The notes beneath the pieces were generated by a model that did not search any database, was not told where the DNA came from, and was given only the letters and a program-made list of their open reading frames with translations. 33,676 nucleotides of DNA from Anaerolineae bacterium (GTDB lineage: Bacteria; Chloroflexota; Anaerolineae; B4-G1; SLSP01). The translations under genes and the position numbers were made by a program. This document shows, piece by piece, positions 27,966-33,676 of the stretch (positions are counted from its first letter, which is position 1; each line of letters begins with the position of its first letter). Where the stretch lies: assembly GCA_026991395.1 (NCBI GenBank), contig JALXBP010000147.1:1-33676 (forward strand). Direction: 5' to 3'.

Positions 27966-29558
27966 TTACCCCTCCTCTCCGGCGGATTCGCTGTTGCCCT
28001 CGAGCATACGTCGATGCAGCTTGTCTAACGTCTCCGTCAACTCGGTCGGGAGGAAGCGCTGGGCTTCCGAGCGGTGCGCGATGTCCTCCAGCGTCTGCAG
28101 CAGGTAGAGGGAGAGTGCGGTCTTCGGAGAAAGGCCCCCCTGTTCTTGCCGGCGGAGGTGTCGGGCCTGCTCTTTCAGACCGGTCAGCATCTCCTGGATC
28201 ACGTCCTGTCGGGCGCGGTAGAAGGCGTTGATCATCTCGATGCTGACCTGCCCCTCGCGGCGCAGGGCCTCCTGTGCCCAGCGGGCCTGCCACGCCCGGA
28301 TGCGCTCCTTGAAGATCGCATCATCCACCGGCTTGATGACGTTGCCGATGCCTCCGCCGATGACCGTGATCCCCCTGTCCTTCACCGCCTCGGCGACGTG
28401 CTGCCTGACCTCGGCCCCCATCTGCACGCGCAGGAGGCCGTCCTGGCCGCGGCGGTCGGACTGTGGCGCGCCGTAGATGTGGTCCAGCGTGTATCGCGAG
28501 ATGACCTGCTGGAGGCGCGGTACGCCCTCCTTGAGCGGGATGTTCTGCCAGGGCTCGGCGTGTTGGGCTTCGAGCGGCGTCTTGTCCGCGGGATCGACGA
28601 GCAGGGAGAAGTAGAGCTTGAACGCTGCGGAGGGACGATAGGGCCATGGCTTGTCGAGCGCGGGTTCCTCTCCATCGCCGCGCTGGATGTGGAAGATCGA
28701 GGCGAGCGGCACATCCAGTTCGATCCCGTCGCGTGTGCGGGCGTGTACGCGGGTGGTGCGTTGCTGCCGCCGCAGGTCGAAGACGTAATCGGCGACGTCG
28801 CCGTCGCCGGTGAAGACGACGCCGGGGCCGATGAGACGTCGCACGCGCGACCCGTCCCGGACGAGCACCGCATATTCCGGCTCGGTCATCACCAGGCCCG
28901 GCCCGCTGCCGAGGAAGGGATTCCCCGGACTGCGGGTTACCAGCTTGCCCTCCTGGACGGCGATGACCGGCCTGGGGAAGCCACTGAAGAAGGCTCCGAA
29001 GAGGGCCATCGCCTGTTTGTGCAGGCGCTTGCGCTCCTCGGCGCTCGTCGAGGGGGAGATGGGCACCAGATGGGGGACGAAGAAGGCGAGGAAGAAGGCC
29101 ACCAGCGTCACGGGTATCATCAGGTAGGCAAACAGGAGGAAGGCATAGGTGAAGAGTGCAGCGTGCAAAAGGTGCGCAGCCACTGCCCCGACGATGCCGA
29201 CGAGGGAAAGCCCCAAGAACGCGAAGGCGGTGCCGCGGAAGGCTCCCTTGACCCACGGCATAGTCAGGGTGATGATGAAGTAGAGGAGGACGACCAAGGC
29301 CCAGACGGGACGATAGCTCGCCGGGGAATGAAGAAGCCACAGCAGCGAGGAGAAAAACGTCGTCACGACGACGGGCAGGATCAGATAGGCCCGTGTCGAT
29401 ACCCAGCGTTCGAAAGATGTGCGGAAGCTCGTCCCTTCCGCCGGAGGGTGATGGCTGTGGTAACGCACCAGGATAAAGCCGCTGGCTATTGTGCCCACGA
29501 AGATAATGAGATTGATGAGATTGGTCGGATTGATGAGATAAGCAATGATCGCTTTCAT
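27966..29558 (-). CDS. SPFH/band-7 membrane protein, paralog A, with a polytopic N-terminal domain of about five TM helices
   Basis: 530 aa. Five hydrophobic helices in the first 170 aa. The SPFH core is RRLIGPGVVFTGDGDVADYVFDLRRQQRTTRVHARTRDGIELDVPLASIFHIQ, followed by a C-terminal helical region. GGGGGAG RBS. Confidence 0.75.
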   Translation of the reverse strand: MKAIIAYLINPTNLINLIIFVGTIASGFILVRYHSHHPPAEGTSFRTSFERWVSTRAYLILPVVVTTFFSSLLWLLHSPASYRPVWALVVLLYFIITLTMPWVKGAFRGTAFAFLGLSLVGIVGAVAAHLLHAALFTYAFLLFAYLMIPVTLVAFFLAFFVPHLVPISPSTSAEERKRLHKQAMALFGAFFSGFPRPVIAVQEGKLVTRSPGNPFLGSGPGLVMTEPEYAVLVRDGSRVRRLIGPGVVFTGDGDVADYVFDLRRQQRTTRVHARTRDGIELDVPLASIFHIQRGDGEEPALDKPWPYRPSAAFKLYFSLLVDPADKTPLEAQHAEPWQNIPLKEGVPRLQQVISRYTLDHIYGAPQSDRRGQDGLLRVQMGAEVRQHVAEAVKDRGITVIGGGIGNVIKPVDDAIFKERIRAWQARWAQEALRREGQVSIEMINAFYRARQDVIQEMLTGLKEQARHLRRQEQGGLSPKTALSLYLLQTLEDIAHRSEAQRFLPTELTETLDKLHRRMLEGNSESAGEEG

Positions 29559-29723
29559 AGCTCGCTCTCCCCCTCTGTTCGCTGTTTTAACCGTACCCCT
29601 ACTTTAGCACAAAAAAGCCGATCTGGGTAGTCCGCGGAACAGAGCCGCAACCTCCGGCGCTTCCTCTTGCGTGTGCATCGGCGGCGGTCGTGCAAAATGG
29701 CTGCTTTCTGGTACACTTTCGCT

Positions 29724-30962
29724 ATGAAAAGGCACTGGCTGCTGTTCATCGTGCTGATGCTGACGCTCGTCGGCTGCGGGAGAAGGCCCTTGCTGGAGAA
29801 TGTCTCCCTGACCCCCGCGCTGATCACCCCCAACGCCAATGGACGGGACGACATCGCCAAGATCACCTTCCGCCTCAACCGCACGGCTTACGTCTCCATC
29901 CTCTTCCGCGATGAGGGGGGGACGACGTACACCTTCCGCGACCACGTGCGCGTCAGCGGGAGCGACGACCCTTACGAACTCTACTTCGCCGGGGTGGTGG
30001 ACGGCTTCGTCATGCCCGGCGAGGCTTATCCCTTCACCATCGTCAAGCGCGTTCTGCCCGACGGCCTCTACACCTGGGAGGTGCGGGCGGAGACGGAGGC
30101 GGGGGAGAGGGCGGTCGTAACCGGCACGCTGACGGTGGAGGATGCCGATACGCGGCTCCCGGCCATCATCGGCTTCAGCGTCTATCCCAAGACCTTCTCG
30201 CCCAACCAGGACGGGATCGCCGACCGCGTAACGCTCAACCTCGACCTGAAGAAGGATGTGGAATCGCTGCAGGTCTACATGCTCGATGCCGAGGGGACGC
30301 GCCACTACATCGAGGAGGACGAGCGGGTTACGCGGCGCAACGAGGCCGGTTGGCACACCTACGATTACGACGGGGGGATCGACGCGGGCGCGGAGCCGCC
30401 GCCGGACGGGACGTACACCGTCGTCGCCGATGCGCTCGATCGGCTGGGGCAGCGCGTCATCGCCACCGATACACTGACGATCGTCAACGCCGGGCGTCCG
30501 ATGGCCTACATCCTCAACGGCGAGGTTACCTTCGAGCCGACGACGCTGGTCCTTTCCGATACGCTCTGCTTCACGCTGACGGTGGAAAACGACAGCGGCA
30601 CCTACCTGCGCACGACCGGGCCGTGGCCGGGGACGACCTACCGCAGCGACGAGAACTTCAACACGCTGGGCTGGTCGGAGGAGTCGGGAGTCTTCCGCGT
30701 CGGCGTGGATTTCGATACCAGCCTGCGCAACTACCCCTTCCGCTGGGGAATCGGGCAGCCGGACAAGGACCTGGTGCAGATCGACGGCTACTGGTACCTG
30801 CCGCCCTTCGCCCGCAGCGAGGTTACCGGCTGCGTGCAGATCGTGGAGATTCCGCCGCGCGATCCGCTCTACTACTGGGCGGGCCTCATCCACGAGGATG
30901 TGGAGATCGCGCCCGTCAACAACCGCGTCGATCCGCACTTCATCACCATCTGGGAGCCGTAG
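29724..30962 (+). CDS. Lipoprotein with two FlgD-Ig-like domains (T/SPNxDGxxD...I.F.L...A.V...) and a C-terminal domain
   Basis: The internal ATG at 29724 gives signal peptide MKRHWLLFIVLMLTLVGC with a lipobox. The track ORF starts at 29667. The repeats are ITPNANGRDDIAKITFRLNRTAYVSILFRDEGG and FSPNQDGIADRVTLNLDLKKDVESLQVYMLDAEG. About 412 aa. Confidence 0.65.
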   Translation: MKRHWLLFIVLMLTLVGCGRRPLLENVSLTPALITPNANGRDDIAKITFRLNRTAYVSILFRDEGGTTYTFRDHVRVSGSDDPYELYFAGVVDGFVMPGEAYPFTIVKRVLPDGLYTWEVRAETEAGERAVVTGTLTVEDADTRLPAIIGFSVYPKTFSPNQDGIADRVTLNLDLKKDVESLQVYMLDAEGTRHYIEEDERVTRRNEAGWHTYDYDGGIDAGAEPPPDGTYTVVADALDRLGQRVIATDTLTIVNAGRPMAYILNGEVTFEPTTLVLSDTLCFTLTVENDSGTYLRTTGPWPGTTYRSDENFNTLGWSEESGVFRVGVDFDTSLRNYPFRWGIGQPDKDLVQIDGYWYLPPFARSEVTGCVQIVEIPPRDPLYYWAGLIHEDVEIAPVNNRVDPHFITIWEP

Positions 30963-31879
30963 TGCAGAAGCTGGCCGTCGTCATCGTCGCTTGGCGGGTG
31001 CGGGACCTGCTCGACCGCTGCCTCCGCTCGCTGAGCGCCGATCTGGCGCGGACGGAGGCGCTGGCGCAGGTCTGGGTGGTGGATAACGCCTCCGGCGACG
31101 GGACGGCGGCGATGGTGCGGGAGGCCCATCCTTGGGTCAACCTGCTGGAGCCGGGGCGGAACCTCGGCTTCGTCGGCGGCAACAACCTCGTCCTGCGGCG
31201 CTTGCTGGAGCGTGAGGCACTCCCCGATGCCGTCTGGCTCCTCAATCCCGATACGGAGGTGCGCCCCGGCGCGACGGCGGCCCTGCTGGAGGCGATGCGC
31301 CGTTATCCCCGTGCCGGGCTGCTCACCCCGAAGCTGCTCAATCCCGACGGGACGCTCCAGCCCTCCGCCTTCCGCTTCCCCGGCCTTCTGCAGCCGCTCT
31401 TCGACCTCGGCTACCTGCCGCGCCGCTTCTACGAGAGCCGCTGGAACGGGCGCTACCCGCGCTCGCTCTACCGCCGCCGCGAGCCGCAGCCGATCGACCA
31501 TCCGCTCGGTGCGGCGATGATGGCGCGCGGCGAGGCGCTGCGCGCCGTCGGGCCGCTGGACGACGGTTTCTTTATGTACTGCGAGGAGGTCGATTGGGCC
31601 TGGCGGATGCGCCGCGCGGGCTGGCGGAGCTACCTCGTCCCCCGGGCGGAGGTCGTCCACTACGGCGGGGCGAGCAGCGCCCAGGTCAGGCCGCTGACGA
31701 TGCTGCGCCTCTGGGAGAGCCGCGCCCGCTGCTACCGCAAAGATCGCGGCCCCGTAACGCGGGCGCTCGTCGGGTGGGCGGTGCGCCGCCGCTTCCGCGC
31801 CTGGCTGGCGGAGACGGATGATCCCGAATGGCAGGCCGTCTATCGCCGCATCCTGCGGGCCTGGGGGGAGGAGGGATGA
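30962..31879 (+). CDS. Glycosyltransferase family 2 (WbbL/rhamnosyltransferase-like)
   Basis: The GTG start overlaps the lipoprotein TAG stop (TAGTG). VQKLAVVIVAWRVRDLL...VVDNASGDGT...GFVGGNN...YCEEVDWAWR are GT2 (DxD) signatures. It lies within the long +2-frame ORF 30350..31879. About 305 aa. Confidence 0.8.
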   Translation: MQKLAVVIVAWRVRDLLDRCLRSLSADLARTEALAQVWVVDNASGDGTAAMVREAHPWVNLLEPGRNLGFVGGNNLVLRRLLEREALPDAVWLLNPDTEVRPGATAALLEAMRRYPRAGLLTPKLLNPDGTLQPSAFRFPGLLQPLFDLGYLPRRFYESRWNGRYPRSLYRRREPQPIDHPLGAAMMARGEALRAVGPLDDGFFMYCEEVDWAWRMRRAGWRSYLVPRAEVVHYGGASSAQVRPLTMLRLWESRARCYRKDRGPVTRALVGWAVRRRFRAWLAETDDPEWQAVYRRILRAWGEEG

Positions 31880-32634
31880 AGCTGCTGGGCGTCGTCCTGA
31901 CGCTGAACGAGGCGCGCCATATCACCGCCTGCCTGGAAAGCCTCCGCTGGACGGACGGCCTTCTCGTCGTGGACTCCTTCAGCCGCGATGCGACGGTCGA
32001 GTTGGCGCGCGCCGCCGGGGCCGAGGTGGAGCAGCACCGCTTCGTCAACTACTCGGCGCAGCGGAATGCGGCGCTGGAGGCCGCCGCCCGTCGCGGGGCC
32101 GACTGGCTCTTCTTCGTCGATGCGGACGAGCGGGCGACGCCCGCGCTCGCCGCCGAGGTGCGCCGCGTCATCGCCGAGCGGGAGGAGGTCGGCTGGTGGG
32201 TGCCGCGCCACAACTACATCTTCGGCCATCGGATGCGGGGCGCGGGCTGGTGGCCGGACTATCAGCTCCGCCTGCTGCGCGTGGGGAAGGCGCACTACGA
32301 TCCGCAGCGTGCCGTCCACGAGGTCGCCGAGTTGGAGGGGGAGGCGGGCTATCTGCGCGAGCCGCTCATCCACTACAACTACGAGCGCCCCGCGCAGTTC
32401 ATCGCCAAGCAGCGGCGCTACACCGCCTACGATGCGGGCATCCTGATCGAGAAGGGGACGCCGACGCACTGGTACACGCCTTACACGCAGGCGCTGCGCC
32501 ACTTCTGGTGGCGCTTCGTCACGCTGGAAGGGTGGCGCGATGGCGGCTATGGCCTCCTCCTTTCGGTCTGGATGGCCTACTACGAGGCGGTCAAGTACCG
32601 GATGGTGCGCCGGGGTCGCGTGGAGGAGGGGTAG
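31876..32634 (+). CDS. Glycosyltransferase family 2 (short WaaE/KdtX-like)
   Basis: The internal ATG at 31876 overlaps the upstream stop as ATGA. The track ORF starts at 31828. GGGAGGAGGG RBS. MKLLGVVLTLNEARHITACLESL...VVDSFSRDATVELA...FFVDADE are the signatures. About 252 aa. Confidence 0.8.
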   Translation: MKLLGVVLTLNEARHITACLESLRWTDGLLVVDSFSRDATVELARAAGAEVEQHRFVNYSAQRNAALEAAARRGADWLFFVDADERATPALAAEVRRVIAEREEVGWWVPRHNYIFGHRMRGAGWWPDYQLRLLRVGKAHYDPQRAVHEVAELEGEAGYLREPLIHYNYERPAQFIAKQRRYTAYDAGILIEKGTPTHWYTPYTQALRHFWWRFVTLEGWRDGGYGLLLSVWMAYYEAVKYRMVRRGRVEEG

Positions 32635-33676
32635 ATGCGCCGCCTCTGGCTGCTGGGGCTGCTTCTCCTGCTGGTGGCCGCGCCGCCCGTCCAGGCGGGG
32701 GGCATCCCCGACCGCCGTTTCGGCGTCATCGAAAGCTACCACGCCCCCGCCGACGCCACGGCGCTCGGTGCGGGCTGGACGCGCGTAACTTTCGAGTGGA
32801 ATCAGATTCAGCCGAACGGCCCCGACGAGTGGGTCGAGTATCCCGTCCCCGATAGCGTCATCGCCGCCGAGGTGGCCGCCGGGCGCGAGGTCGTCGGGTT
32901 GATCATCGCTGCGCCGGGCTGGGCCTTGGCGCAGTTCGGCGGCAAGAACGTCCCCTCCGGCCTCGACCTGCCGGTGGACGATCCGAATAACCTCTGGGCC
33001 GTCTTCGTGCGCCGCCTCGTCGCCCGCCACCCGGAGATTCGCCACTGGATCATCTGGAACGAGCCGGACATCTGGGGGACCGACTTCCAGTCGTGGGGCG
33101 GCGATGCGGAGTCCTTCGCCCGCCTGCTCAAGGTGGCCTACCTGGCGGCCCACGAGGCCAATCCCGACGTCATCATCCACCTGCCCGCCGTGACGCACTG
33201 GTGGGATGCGAACTACGGGCGCGAACTCTTCATCCGCCGCCTGCTGACGGTGCTCCAGGCCGATCCGGAGGCGGCGGCGCACGGTTACTACTTCGACGCC
33301 TTCACGCTCCACCTCTACTTCAATCCCGATACGCTCTACGACCTGCCGCAGCTTTACTACGGCATCCTCGCCGAGTACGGCATCACCGACAAGCCGCTCT
33401 GGATCGTGGAGACGAACGCGCCGCCCTCCGACGACCCGGCCTGGCCGATTCCGGGCAATGCGCCGCGCTTTCGGATCACCCAGGAGGATCAGGCGAACTT
33501 CGTCCTGGAGGGCTTCGCCATGGCACTGGCCGGGGGTGCGCAGCGCATAGGCTTCTACAAGATGCGCGATCTGGAAAGCGACCGCGTCAACCCGGAGCCG
33601 TTTGGACTGGTGCGCCTGGACGGGAGCCGCCGACCGGCCTTCACCGCCTGGCAGACGGCGACGCGCTACCTGGCGG
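32635..33676 (+). CDS. Secreted clan GH-A-like (TIM-barrel) glycoside-hydrolase-like protein, 5' part; runs off the window end
   Basis: The ATG lies immediately after the upstream TAG stop. Signal peptide is MRRLWLLGLLLLLVAAPPVQAGG. HWIIWNEPD is the clan GH-A acid/base Asn-Glu-Pro motif. There is no stop before the window end. Absent from the ORF track because it is truncated. Confidence 0.65.
   Translation, partial: MRRLWLLGLLLLLVAAPPVQAGGIPDRRFGVIESYHAPADATALGAGWTRVTFEWNQIQPNGPDEWVEYPVPDSVIAAEVAAGREVVGLIIAAPGWALAQFGGKNVPSGLDLPVDDPNNLWAVFVRRLVARHPEIRHWIIWNEPDIWGTDFQSWGGDAESFARLLKVAYLAAHEANPDVIIHLPAVTHWWDANYGRELFIRRLLTVLQADPEAAAHGYYFDAFTLHLYFNPDTLYDLPQLYYGILAEYGITDKPLWIVETNAPPSDDPAWPIPGNAPRFRITQEDQANFVLEGFAMALAGGAQRIGFYKMRDLESDRVNPEPFGLVRLDGSRRPAFTAWQTATRYLA

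Noticed and set aside
28074-29630. 518-aa plus ORF and the 339-aa minus ORF 28321..29340, overlapping the SPFH paralog A gene
   Set aside because: Off-frame artefacts. The SPFH and TM motifs are in the reported frame.
29604-30938. 444-aa minus ORF antisense to the FlgD-Ig lipoprotein gene; 31840..33312 (-) 490 aa; 10962..12404 (+) 480 aa; 12169..13512 (+) 447 aa
   Set aside because: All are antisense or alternate frames of well-supported genes, with Asp/Gly/Val/Arg-rich junk translations.

Overview
High-GC bacterial chromosomal segment with near-continuous coding. Gene content and canonical TTGACA/TACAAT promoters suggest a Chloroflexi/Thermomicrobia-like genome. No tRNA, rRNA, CRISPR array or obvious mobile element was seen. 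Many long ORFs in the six-frame track are GC-driven frame artefacts lying across the real genes. In order: (1) a partial DedA-family membrane protein (-) divergent from an EF-G2-type elongation factor paralog (+). Both have textbook sigma70 promoters. The EF-G2 leader carries an intrinsic-terminator-like hairpin and a small uORF ending in ATGA on the EF-G start. (2) An orphan DUF58 protein overlapping prmC/hemK. (3) A minus-strand trio: zinc-ribbon membrane protein, MoaD-like beta-grasp protein with a blocked C-terminus, and MoaD/ThiS-like protein ending GGG. (4) A LacI-regulated sugar-utilisation operon (-): LacI, solute-binding lipoprotein, two permeases, GH4 glycosidase, lipoprotein, BadF-type sugar kinase. 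A perfect 16-bp palindromic operator overlaps the lacI promoter. (5) A Hanks Ser/Thr kinase with an uncharacterised extracellular domain, converging on a cytoplasmic GAF-GAF-PAS histidine kinase that follows a transaldolase/FSA gene. (6) An OmpR-type response regulator translationally coupled to a membrane-anchored NACHT-like NTPase (Walker A Lys->Arg) with C-terminal HEAT repeats. (7) A minus-strand membrane operon: PsiE-like protein, ABC-2-type permease with no ATPase, and a membrane-anchored coiled-coil/low-complexity protein. (8) A minus-strand operon of two tandem SPFH (band-7) paralogs with 2-5 N-terminal transmembrane helices, an uncharacterised 317-aa CPLC-motif protein and a PfkB kinase. 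(9) A surface-polysaccharide module (+): FlgD-Ig-like lipoprotein, two GT2 glycosyltransferases, and a secreted clan GH-A-like hydrolase (partial). The most interesting candidates for undescribed systems are the RR + NACHT(K->R)-HEAT pair, the polytopic SPFH-pair operon, and the MoaD-like tandem.
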